This document shows positions 1 through 10,100 of a DNA stretch of 64,000 bases, piece after piece. The translations under genes were made by a program, and so were the position numbers. The first letter of the stretch is position 1. Every line of letters begins with the position of its first letter. The stretch is from an uncultured Thermoleophilia bacterium (GTDB lineage Bacteria; Actinomycetota; Thermoleophilia; UBA2241): positions 26,392-90,391 of the forward strand of contig CAVXJO010000012.1 of assembly GCA_963762125.1 (NCBI GenBank), written 5' to 3'. A model generated the notes under the pieces. That model searched no databases and was not told the DNA's origin. It worked only from the letters and a program-made list of their open reading frames with translations.

Positions 1-767
1 TAGCTGTCGCCATCTGCGAGCACGTGGAGAGCGAGGCCGGCGACCGACAGCGCGCGGCCGTCGCCCGCCGCGGCCGGCGCAGGGTCGGCGCCGTGGCCGT
101 CCACCACGCACACCACTCCCCGGCCCATCACGGTGGCGACCCGGTCGGGCGAGATCTCGAGGCCGCAGTCCTCCTCGATGCCAAAGCCGATCGTGTCCGG
201 GTACGCCGACACCATCGCCACCAGGCGGCCGAACCGCGCGCGCGTCACGAAGTGCGTGTCCACGATACCCTCGACCAGGCCGAGTCCGGGCGCCCTGCGG
301 ATGGCCCCGACCTCGTGGAACGCGGCCGGGTCACCGCGCACGATCACCGGGTCGCCGAGCGCCATCGAGCCCGCGCTCGAGCCGCCGACGACGAGACTGG
401 GGCCGCGCCGGCGCAGCTCGGCGACGAACTCGGTGCCCATAAGGATGTCGAGCAGCCGCAGCTGGTCACCGCCGGTGAACATGACCGCGGTGGCGTCGCG
501 GAGCGCGAGCGCGGTCGCCGGCAAGTCGGCATCCGCGCGCGCGCGGACGTCGAGCACCTCCACGTGCTGCGTGTGCTCGAGTTCGAACGCCGCGAGGTAG
601 TGGGCGATCGTCTCGGCCCTCTCCTCGCTGGCTGTGGGCACCACGAGCACGCGCGCCTTGTCGGCGCCGCCGGCGAGCTCGACGAAGCGGCGCACCAGGC
701 GCCGGTCCATGCCGTCCTCGCCGGAGCCGCCGAGCAGCAGCCGCCACCCCGCGCCGGGCCCGATCAC
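1..767 (-). CDS. cphB: cyanophycinase (peptidase S51), 3' end cut by window edge
   Basis: Own translation of the minus strand from GTG at 767 gives VIGPGAGWRLLLGGSGEDGMDRRLVRRFVELAGG...MFTGGDQLRLLDILMGTEFVAAELRRRGPSLVVGGSSAGSMA. The frame is open to position 1, which explains its absence from the ORF track. Its GTG start overlaps the cphA stop as GTGA. Confidence 0.75.
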   Translation of the reverse strand, partial: MIGPGAGWRLLLGGSGEDGMDRRLVRRFVELAGGADKARVLVVPTASEERAETIAHYLAAFELEHTQHVEVLDVRARADADLPATALALRDATAVMFTGGDQLRLLDILMGTEFVAELRRRGPSLVVGGSSAGSMALGDPVIVRGDPAAFHEVGAIRRAPGLGLVEGIVDTHFVTRARFGRLVAMVSAYPDTIGFGIEEDCGLEISPDRVATVMGRGVVCVVDGHGADPAPAAAGDGRALSVAGLALHVLADGDS

Positions 768-3380
768 GCGCTGCTCTCGGCCTGCGCGCGCAGCCACTGG
801 ATGGCCTCGTGCACACGCCCGGTCATGCAGCAGACGAGGTCGCCGGGCTGCGCCAGCTCGGCCGCGCGCTCGATCGCGTCCTGCTCGACGGGCACGCGCT
901 CGATCGCGGCCGCGTCCAACCCGGCGGCCTTGAGGAAGCGCTCCTGCAGGTCCATCAGCTCGCCGGGAGCCCGGCCGCGCAGGTCGTCGGCCTCGTAGAT
1001 GACGGCCGCGTCGAAGACCGGCGCCAGCACGCCGCACACCTCCTCGATGTCCTCGTCGCGGCGGTCGCCGACCACGTCGAACACGACGATGCGGCGACGC
1101 GCGCCGAGGCGCTCGACGAGCTGCACCAGGCTCCTGTAGGCATGGGGGTTGTGGGCGTAGTCGAGCAGATAGTCCACGCCCCCGATGGTCATCAGGTTGA
1201 GGCGCCCCGGAGTCTGCAGCGGCGACGGCAAGAAGGAGAGCAGGGCGCGCCGGATCTGGTCCACGTCCACGCCGCGCGCATAGGCAGCGGCCGTGGCCGC
1301 GAGCGCGTTCTGGACGTTGAAGTCGGCGCGGCCGCCGAGCGTGATGGGGATGTCCTCCACCCGCGCCACCGGTACAAGGTGGTCGTTCTCGAGCACGGCG
1401 ATGTAGCCCTGCTCGCAGATGACCGCCGTGTGCCCGCGCTCGACGTGGTCCAGGACGATCGGGGTTGGTCGAGCGCAGCGAGAACAGCACCACGTGCTCG
1501 CGGCAGTACTTCGTCATGTCCACGCACAAGGGGTCGTCGCCGTTGAGCACCGTGGTGCCGCCTTCGCGCACGGCCTCCGCCACGACCGCCTTGACCTTGG
1601 CCAGCTCCTCGATACTGCGGATGTTCTGGAGGCCGAGGTGGTCGGGCTGCACGTTCAGCACCACGCCGACGTCGGCGGTCTTGTAGCCCAGGCCCGAGCG
1701 CAGGATGCCGCCTCGGGCCGTCTCCAGCACGGCGCAGTCGACGAGCGGGTCGCGGAGCACGACCTGGGCCGAGTACGGGCCGCTCATGTCGCCCTCGGCG
1801 ATCAGGTTGCCGCGCACGTAGATCCCGTCGGTGGTCGTCATCCCGACGCTGGAGCCGGCGTGCTCCATGATGTGTGCGATCAGGCGCACGGTCGTGGTCT
1901 TGCCGTTGGTGCCGGTGACGGCCACGATGCCGATGTCGTGCGGAGCCCCGCGCGGGAACAGCATGTCGACGATGGGCCGCGCCACGTTGCGCGGCGTGCC
2001 CCGTGCGGGAGCCAGGTGCATGCGCAGCCCCGGCGCGGCGTTGACCTCGATGACGGCGCCGCCGACCTTCTTCACCGGCTGCTCCAGGGTCGGCGCGATG
2101 ACGTCGATGCCGGCGATGTCGAGGCCGACGATGCTGGCGACGCGCTCCGCCATGAAGCGGTTGGCCTTGTGCACCGTGTGGGTGACGTCGACCGCCGAAC
2201 CGCCTGTCGAGAGGTTCGCCGTGAGTTCCAGCCGGAAGACTTCGCCTTCCGTCAACACCGTCTCGAGCGTGTACCCGGCACGCTGCAGCAGGTACGTCGT
2301 CACGTCCGAGGTCGACAGCCGCGTCATCACTTTCTCGTGGCCGTAGCCGCGGCTCGGGTCGCGGTTCTCGATGGCGATGAGCTCCTCGATGCTGTGCTCA
2401 CCGTCGCCGGTCACGGCCGCCGGCTCGCGCATGGCGGCGGCCACCAGGCGCCCGTCGACCACCAGCATGCGGTAGTCGTTGCCCGTGTAGGACTTCTCGA
2501 CGATGACCTTGTCGCTGATCTCCTTGGCGCGCGCGAACGCCTCGCGCAGGTCAGTCTCGTCGCTGATACCGGTCGTGACGCCCTTCCCGTGATGGCCGTC
2601 GTGCGGCTTGATCACGACCGGATAGCCGAGCCACTCGGCGTCCTCGATGGCGGACTCGACGCGCCGGACCACCGTGCCCTTGGGGACCGGGATGCCGGCG
2701 TCGTCAAGCATGTGCTTGGTGAGGCGCTTGTTGCCGGCCGTCTCCACACCGATCATGCTCGTCCGCGAGGTGATGGACGCCTCGATGCGACGCTGGTACT
2801 TGCCCTCGCCGAGCTGCACGAGGTTGTAGTCGTCGAGGCGGATGACGGTGATGCCTCTGTGCTCCGCCTCCTCCACGATCGCCGCCGTGGACGGGCCGAG
2901 GAAGTGATCCGCGCTGATGTCCTCCAGCTCGCGGATCACGCCCTCGAGGTCGACGCTGTCGCGGCGCCCCCCGACGAGTGCGTTGACGATGCCGATCGCG
3001 CGCTTCCCGGCCGTGATCCCCGCCTCTTCGACCCAGTAGCTGTAGATGACCTGGTAGACGCCGGGGGCGTCGGTGTCGATGGTCTTGCCGAACCCGACCT
3101 CCATGCCGGCGATGTACTGCAGCTCGAGCGCGAGGTGCTCGATGACGTGGCCGAGCAGCGTGCCCTCGCGCATGCGTTTGATGAGGCCGCCCCGCTCGTC
3201 CTCCGAGCAGCGGTGCTCCTCGAGGCTGGGCAGGAGCTCGAGCAGCGCCTCGGTGAACCCGGGCAGGGCGTTGGTGAACACCTCGTCGTACTCGCCCAGG
3301 TCGATATCGAGCACGATGACCGGGCGATAGCTGTAGTAGTTCGCGCCTCTGATGGCGCGTGCATCGAGCAGCTCGACCAT
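764..3380 (-). CDS. cphA: cyanophycin synthetase (N-terminal ATP-grasp, C-terminal Mur-ligase-like), interrupted by one +1 frameshift near 1461-1470
   Basis: The N-terminal frame translated from ATG at 3380 gives MVELLDARAIRGANYYSYRPVIVLDIDLGEYDEV...KPHDGHHGKG...GGTTVLNGDDPLCVDMTKYC. The C-terminal part is ORF 764..1396 (ENDHLVPVARVEDIPITLGGRADFNVQNALAATAAAYA...). The two frames join at the run aaccccgatcgtcctgg. Confidence 0.85.
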
Positions 3381-3543
3381 GACCCAACCCCCAGTTCGGC
3401 AGGGTGCCATCTTACATCGGGGGTGGCGGTCGCGAGACGAGCGGCGCCGGGCCCCGGGGCGGCGCTCGGCCGCTTGGGTGGGCGCCGCCTGGATGCACGT
3501 GTCCCGGCGCATCGGCTACCCGGCGACGGACTATGATCGGCGC

Positions 3544-4554
3544 ATGATGCGCTCGGCCAGACCGAAGACTCCGGCGATGCTCGGGACGCTGGCGATGCTC
3601 GCCGCGGTCATCGCGGCGTTCGCCGCATTGAGCGCCGCCGCAGTCGGCTGCGGCGGCGCGTCCGGCGCCTCCACGTCCGCGGCGAGCGCCGGGAGCGTGA
3701 CCAGCGAGTCGGGCCCGCCGCAGGCCAGCGCCGTCCACAAGGACCTGGCCTACGGGAGCGACTCCGCGGCCCAGAAGCTCGACCTCTACCTGCCGGCGAC
3801 CGGCACGCCTCCCTATCCCGTGATCGTCGCCATCCACGGCGGCGGGTTCATCAGCGGCGACAAGAACGACGTCCTGATGGGGCCGGTGCGGGAGGCGCTG
3901 GGACGCGGCTACGCCGTGGTCGGCGTCAACTACCGCCTGAGCGAGGAGGCGACGTTCCCGGCGGCCATCATCGACGTCAAGGCCGCCATCCGCTGGCTTC
4001 GCGCCCATGCCGGCGAGTACCAGCTCGATCCGGCGCGCTTCGCCGCCTGGGGCCACTCCGCCGGCGGCACCCTGGCGGCGCTGGCAGGCACTTCCGGGGG
4101 CGTCGCCGCCCTGGCCGGACCGGACCCGCAGAACGCCGACCAGTCCGATCGGCTGCAGGCCGTGATCGACTGGTACGGTCCGATCTCGTTCCTGCTCACC
4201 GACCGCGACTTCCGCGTCGCGGGCTTCGACCGCACGAGCGCCGAGGGACCACGGTCGTTCCTCTCCCAGTACCTCGGGGCTCCGCTGCGCGAGGTGCCCG
4301 GCAAGGTCAAGGACGCCGACCCCATCACCTACGTCACGCCCGACGACCCGCCGACACTGATCGAGCACGGCACCGCCGACGCGACAGTGCCGTACCCCCA
4401 GTCGCAGCGGTTCGCCAAGGCGCTGGCGGCCACGATCGGCGCGGACCAGGTGACGCTGCGGATCTTCTCAGGCGCCGGTCATGTGGACCCCGTGTTCTTC
4501 GAGCAGGGACACGTCAACGAGGTGCTCGACTGGCTCGACGCGCAGCTCGACTAG
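3544..4554 (+). CDS. alpha/beta-hydrolase esterase/lipase with lipoprotein-type signal peptide
   Basis: ORF 3352..4554, likely starting at M65 (MMRSARPKTPAMLGTLAMLAAVIAAFAALSAAAVGC). Carries the HGGGF oxyanion motif and the GHSAGG nucleophile elbow. Confidence 0.8.
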   Translation: MMRSARPKTPAMLGTLAMLAAVIAAFAALSAAAVGCGGASGASTSAASAGSVTSESGPPQASAVHKDLAYGSDSAAQKLDLYLPATGTPPYPVIVAIHGGGFISGDKNDVLMGPVREALGRGYAVVGVNYRLSEEATFPAAIIDVKAAIRWLRAHAGEYQLDPARFAAWGHSAGGTLAALAGTSGGVAALAGPDPQNADQSDRLQAVIDWYGPISFLLTDRDFRVAGFDRTSAEGPRSFLSQYLGAPLREVPGKVKDADPITYVTPDDPPTLIEHGTADATVPYPQSQRFAKALAATIGADQVTLRIFSGAGHVDPVFFEQGHVNEVLDWLDAQLD

Positions 4555-4617
4555 GGGCCGGTCGAGGTGGCGACCGGGCGGGCTGAGCGCCGGCGCCCGC
4601 CCGGTCCCCCTCGTCCG

Positions 4618-6423
4618 TCAGTGCGCGCCCGAGAGTCTCGCCGTGGTCTCGATCGCCACCTTGGTGAGCGCCACCGCGAACGGGAAGTTGATCTTGGCCG
4701 ACGTGTCGCCCATGTCGTGATACGCCGCGCGCATCAGCCGCGTGAAGTAGTTGAGGTGCTCGTTGATCAGCACCACCGGGTAGCCGTTCTCGGAGAGGAT
4801 GATCGCGTCGGTGTTGTAGAGGTAGCTGCGCACCGAGTACCTCGGCTCCAGCAGCGGCGTGAGCTGCGGGGAGACGTCCGCCTGGGCGTCGAGGGCCACG
4901 GACGCCATGTCCAGTGAAGCGGCGCTGGGACCGGGGTTGATCTGGAACTGGGTCTGCCCCACGCCGGCGAAGCCGATCATGTCGAGGAGCACCATCCCGG
5001 CGATGTCCTGGCCGTCGTCCAGCATCTGACTCACCAGCGCTCGCGCGCCGAGGTCGTCGGCGGGGAACTCCTCGCCGGTGAAGTGCACCAGCCAGATCGG
5101 GCGTTCCGGTTGCCTCGTCTTGAGGACCGCCGCCGCGCGAAGCAGGGCGGCGGTCGCCGACGCGTTGTCGTCCGCGCCGGGCACGGCCTGATAGATGCCT
5201 TTGAGGGCGAGATCCTCGTCGAACGCCGTGTCCACGTGATCGGCGATGAGCACCGGCGCGAGACGCCGCTGCGTGCCCGGGATGACGGCGACCAGGTTCG
5301 TCTGCGGCATCCCTCGCCAGGTGAACGACTGGCGCCAGGTGTCCAGCCCGAGCTGTGCGTAACGCTCCTCGAGATAGCCGAAGACGTCGGCCAGCTGGTT
5401 GTCCGCGAGCGCGTTGCTCTTGTTCGTGAACGTCACGCTACGACCGCTGACGGGGAACTCGGCCGGGGCCTCGCCGTCCATGGCGAGCAGGTCGGCCCGG
5501 TAGGCGGCGTCGAAGTCGGCCGGCCACTCGGTGATGACGGCCGAGCCGGCCGCAGGGCCGGGCGTCGTCGGCGCATCCGTCCAGACGATGTCGGACGGCC
5601 ACGTCGTCTGCGCGTCCGCGGCCGAGACCACGTAGGTGATCGGGTCCCCGTTCAGCCGCGCCGGCGGCGGCACGACGAGCGCGAGGCGGCCGGCCAGGTC
5701 CGCGCGCTGTGAGTAGGCGGCGCTCTGCGCGGACGGCAGCCAGGCCTCCCAGCAGCCGGCCAGGGCAGGATCCTCGGCGCGCTCGACCCAGATGCAGTTG
5801 CTGAAGGCCGGCTCCACGTTCCAGCCGTAGTCGTCGGGGGCGCCGAAGATGTCCGTGTAGTCCGCCGGCGCCGCCGGATCGAGGGTCTCCGGCACGAACG
5901 TGTTGGGATCGGTGTTCTGGATGTCGGCCGGGCTCAGCCAGCGCCACGGGTCGGACGCGGCGACGCGCCAGCGAGCGAAACACCAGGTGAACCGTCCGCG
6001 GTCGTCGCGGATCGGCCAAGCCTCCACCGTCAGCGCCTGCTTGTTGGCGATGACCTTCTTGGCGATCAGGCTCTGGCGGATGCCCTTGAGCTGCAGCTCA
6101 CCGAGATCCTTCAGCGTAGCCGGAAGCCTGGCGACCCTTCCGTCGACCGGCGTGAGCTTCAGCGCCAGCTCGCGTGGCGTGGAGCCGAGGTAGATGGGGG
6201 AGCGCTGGAGCGAGTTCGCCTCCAGGTGAAGCCACGGTCTGGCGTCCTTCGCCAGCGCCGCGAGCGACTCCGGTGACGTCGGGACGGTCGTCGGCGACGG
6301 CTTCGCGAGGCCGGCGGCGCCCCCAGCTCCGTCGATCTGCGCGGCGCCGGCAGCCGTCGCCATCAGCGCGGCACCGCCGATCAGCAGCAGGATGAACAGA
6401 AAGAGACGCGCTGACTTGGCCAT
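4618..6423 (-). CDS. secreted M28-family metallopeptidase (aminopeptidase-like)
   Basis: ORF 4618..6486; probable start MAKSARLFLFILLLIGGAALMATAAGAAQ, a signal peptide. Contains ADDNASATAALL, HFTGEEF and LLDMIG motifs typical of the M28 Zn-peptidase fold. Confidence 0.7.
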   Translation of the reverse strand: MAKSARLFLFILLLIGGAALMATAAGAAQIDGAGGAAGLAKPSPTTVPTSPESLAALAKDARPWLHLEANSLQRSPIYLGSTPRELALKLTPVDGRVARLPATLKDLGELQLKGIRQSLIAKKVIANKQALTVEAWPIRDDRGRFTWCFARWRVAASDPWRWLSPADIQNTDPNTFVPETLDPAAPADYTDIFGAPDDYGWNVEPAFSNCIWVERAEDPALAGCWEAWLPSAQSAAYSQRADLAGRLALVVPPPARLNGDPITYVVSAADAQTTWPSDIVWTDAPTTPGPAAGSAVITEWPADFDAAYRADLLAMDGEAPAEFPVSGRSVTFTNKSNALADNQLADVFGYLEERYAQLGLDTWRQSFTWRGMPQTNLVAVIPGTQRRLAPVLIADHVDTAFDEDLALKGIYQAVPGADDNASATAALLRAAAVLKTRQPERPIWLVHFTGEEFPADDLGARALVSQMLDDGQDIAGMVLLDMIGFAGVGQTQFQINPGPSAASLDMASVALDAQADVSPQLTPLLEPRYSVRSYLYNTDAIILSENGYPVVLINEHLNYFTRLMRAAYHDMGDTSAKINFPFAVALTKVAIETTARLSGAH

Positions 6424-6552
6424 AGTGGTACCCCCGTGGATGGCGTGGACAGCCGCCATGCTAAGGGGCTCACAGGACAACGGCAATGGACCGGCGTAGC
6501 CCGGGTGGCGACGCCGGTCTGCGACCGGGCCGCGACCGGCCCGTGGCCGTCG

Positions 6553-7049
6553 TCACGCGGCGAGTCGCAGATCCCTGCGGGAGCGGAACTCGGCCTCGGT
6601 CTTGAGGACGTGCAGGCCGTGGACCACGGCGTCGCGAAGGACGCGCTCGAGACGCTTGTGCATGAAACGAGCGGACCAGCCGCTCCACGATTCTTCCGTG
6701 GTCACGCGCGAGCCCCGCTGCGTCGGTTCGATGCGCCAGACGTGGACGGCGCGAACGCCCATGGTCGAGCCGGTCCATCCCAGCTCGCGCCCGTTCTCCA
6801 CCGAGCGGAGCACCGACGTGATCGTGTTCGGACCGGAGCGCCACACGAAGGTGCTGCCGGGCGTCAGCTCTCCCTCCAGACACCCTCTGCCACGTCAGGG
6901 TTCCATGCCGGCCAGTGGGTGATGTCCGCGAGCAAGGCCCAGACCTCGCCGGGCGACGCCGAGACGTCCACGCTGCCGCTGGCGATGATCGGCGCCGTCT
7001 GGTCGATGTCCATCTCCGGTCCTCCCCTCAACGCCTGAGTCGGTCCCAA
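6553..7049 (-). CDS. SRPBCC / polyketide-cyclase-like small protein, split by a frameshift near 6846-6870
   Basis: The N-terminal piece is 6864..7049 (SPGEVWALLADITHWPAWNPDVAEGVW). The C-terminal piece 6553..6846 continues in another frame (LTPGSTFVWRSGPNTITSVLRSVENGRELGW...). Together they match the Polyketide_cyc2/SRPBCC pattern. Confidence 0.5.
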
Positions 7050-7114
7050 GCAAGTGGAGCGTTTCTACCCAGTTCGCGGCGGCTCGCACCTGCCGGGTGA
7101 AACGGCGGAGAGAC

Positions 7115-10100
7115 CTAGAGCTGGGACGACAGATGCACCGGAGCTTCCTCGAGCGTGTCGGCGCGCACCACGCGGTCGCGGCCGCCGTCCTTGGCCGCGT
7201 ACAAGGCCCGATCGGCGCTCGCCAGCAGTTCCTCGGCGGTGTCGTGACCGGCGAGCGTGGCGACGCCGATGCTGATGGTCGTCGAGGCGTCGCCGCGTCC
7301 CACCCACAGCTCGGCGACACGCGTGCGGATGCGCTCTGCGACCTCGATCGCGGTCTCCATGTCGGCGCCATGGAGCAAGACGCCGAACTCGTCGCCGCCG
7401 TAGCGCGCCGCGATGTCCCCGCGCCGCACCGACGCCGACATGATGCGGCTCACCCGGCGCAGCACCTCATCGCCGACGAGGTGGCCGTGACGGTCGTTGA
7501 GCTGCTTGAAGTGGTCGATGTCGCAGAAGAGGAGCGCCACATCGCCGTCGTTCAGCCGCGCGCCCTCCACCGTGTCGTGCAGCAGTTCGTGGAAGCGCCG
7601 GTGGTTGTACAGGCCCGTGAGCGAGTCGGTCATCGACTCGATCTCGGCCCGCGTCTGCCGGGCGCCGGCCGTATGCATGATCTCCGAGAAGGTGTCGCTC
7701 ACGGCGCTGCGCAGCACGCCGGCCGGCAAGTCCTCACCGGGCGATCTGTTCGCGACGACGAGGCCCACGATGGCGCCATCGTCGTCGCGCAGCGGCGCCG
7801 CGGCGCCGATCCAGGTGCCCCAGCGATCGACCGTGACCACGTTGGCGTCGTTGCGGCGGCCGGCGAACGTCTCCAGCGCCAGATCGTCACAGAAGACCAC
7901 CTCGCCGGGGGCGACGACGTCGGCGTCGTCATCGTCGTCGTCGACGACGACCATGCAGCGCAGCTCATCGACCAGCGTCTCGGTCATCAGTGACTGCACC
8001 TCGCGGTGCGCCAGGCGCGTCTCTCGCAGCGCATGCAGGACGCGCGCGTACGCCGCGCTCGCGGCGTCCTCGGGGCGGCGCAACGCGGAGTGATCGGCGA
8101 TATCGATCCGCTCGGCGGCCCCGTCGGCCGCGGCCTGCAGCGCGTCGCGCTGCTCCGCCATCCTGGCGAGGACGCGCACGAACGCATCGACCAGGACCGG
8201 GTCGAACTGGGTCCCGCTGCAGTCGCGGAGCTCCGCCAGGCACTCCTCGCGAGTGAGCGCCGGGCGGTAGACGCGCCGCGAGGACATCGCGTCGTACGAA
8301 TCCACCAGGCAGAGGAGCCGGGCGATCAGCGGGATCTCCTCGCCGGCCAGGCCGTCGGGATAGCCGCCGCCGTCCCAGCGCTCGTGGTGGTGGCGCACCC
8401 CGGCCACGAAGTCGTGGTCCAGCAAAGACTCGATGATCTCGGCGCTGACGGTCGGATGCTGCTTCATCAGCGCCCACTCCTCGTCCGTGAGGGTCCCCGA
8501 CTTGAGCAGCACGCGGTCGGACACGGCGATCTTGCCGATGTCGTGCAGGTAGGTGGCTTCCTCGAGCTGCTGGATCGCCCGCGGCGTCCAGCCGAGCTCC
8601 GCCGCCAGCAGCACGGCATAGGCGGCGACGCGGGCCGTGTGGCCGATCGTGTACATGTCCTTGGCCGTGAGCGCCGAGCTCAGCGCCCGCAGGTTGCCGA
8701 GGTGCAGCCCCTTGACGTTCTCGAAGAGCTGGGCGTTGTGCATGGCCATGGCCGCCTGCTCGCCAAACCCGCGGGCGAACTCGAGGTCGTCCTCGGAGAA
8801 CGTCCGCTCGGCGGCCGTCTCCACCAGGGTGAGCATCCCGAGAGCCGCGCCTCCGAACCTCAGGGGGACGGTGAGGCAGGTCTTCTCGCCATGGCGTTCC
8901 ATGGACTTCCGCACGTCGTCGGGGAGAGACGGGTCGGAGATGGTCTCCATCACGACGTCGCCCGCCTCCAGCAGCGCCCTGTCCGAGGGGTAGTCGTCGA
9001 GCGCGTAGGGCTTGTCCATGTCCTCGTACGTCCCCGGGTGCTCCTCGTAGATGGAGCGCATCGTCAGCGTGTCCGTCTCTTCGTCGTATTCGTAGATGAG
9101 CGCTTCGGGGAAGCTGAGCGAGGCCGCGGCCGTCTTCACCAGCGCCGCGAGGACGTCCTCGATGTCCAGCGACGACGTGATCGCCCGCCCTGCTTCGAGC
9201 AGCGACGTCAGCCGTTGGGCGTGGCCTGCCTGCCGCTCGAACAGCATGGCGTTGTCGACGGCCAGGGCCGTCATGCGCGCGCACGACTCGGCGACCGCGA
9301 TCTCCTCCGCGCTGAAGACGCGCTCGCGGCCGGTCTGCGTGATCTCCAGCGTTCCCAGGATGCGCCCGCGCGCGCGCAGGGGCGTCGCAAGCAGCGCGCG
9401 CTGGTCCCACTCGCGCATGAGGGCACGCTCCGCTTCACCCAGACGCGGATCGTCGAGTGAGGCCGTCGCCACCGTCTCACCCCTCTCGATGACGCTGCAC
9501 GTCGCGGCCCAGTGCCCGAGCGGGAACCGGCGTCCCACCCAGGCCTCCACCACCTCGCCGTCGACCCACGCGGCGAGACACTCCACGTCTCCGTCGTCGT
9601 GCTGCGCCCACATCTCGCAACCGCTGGCGTCCAGCAGCGCGCAGACGCGCCGGCACGCCGAGTCCAGCACGGTCCGAGGCTCGAGGCTCGAGCTCAGTTC
9701 GAGGCTCAGCTCGTTCAGCAGCCGCTCCTGCCGGGCCCGGGCCTCAAGCTCCACGTTGCGCCGCTGGAGGTCGTGGAACACGCGGGCGTTGTGCACCGCG
9801 GCCGACGCCTGGTTGGCCAGACCCATCGCGAGGTCGAGCTCCTCGGAGGTGAAGCGGCGTTCGCGCTCGGTCTCGCAGATGACCAGCACCCCGAGCGTGA
9901 CCTCTCCGAACCGCAGCGGGAGCGAGAGGCAGGTCTTCTCTCCCCACTCCTCCATGGAGGCGCGGCTCTGCGCGTCCAGCGCTGGATCGGACAGGGTCTC
10001 GAGGACCGGCTCGCGGCTGAAGAGGATCTCCCGCTCTCTGGGCCTCTCCTCCAGCAGCAGCACGCCATCGTCGATGGTGAAGCCGTCTTCGGCCCCGAAG

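Noticed and set aside
24-998. 324-aa plus-strand ORF
   Set aside because: It is antisense to cyanophycinase (cphB), which is clearly coding on the minus strand. The product is Arg/His/Ala-rich nonsense typical of high-GC antisense frames.
1419-3536. 705-aa plus-strand ORF
   Set aside because: It is antisense to cphA. It has no recognisable motif and a biased Arg/Ala/Gly/Asp composition.
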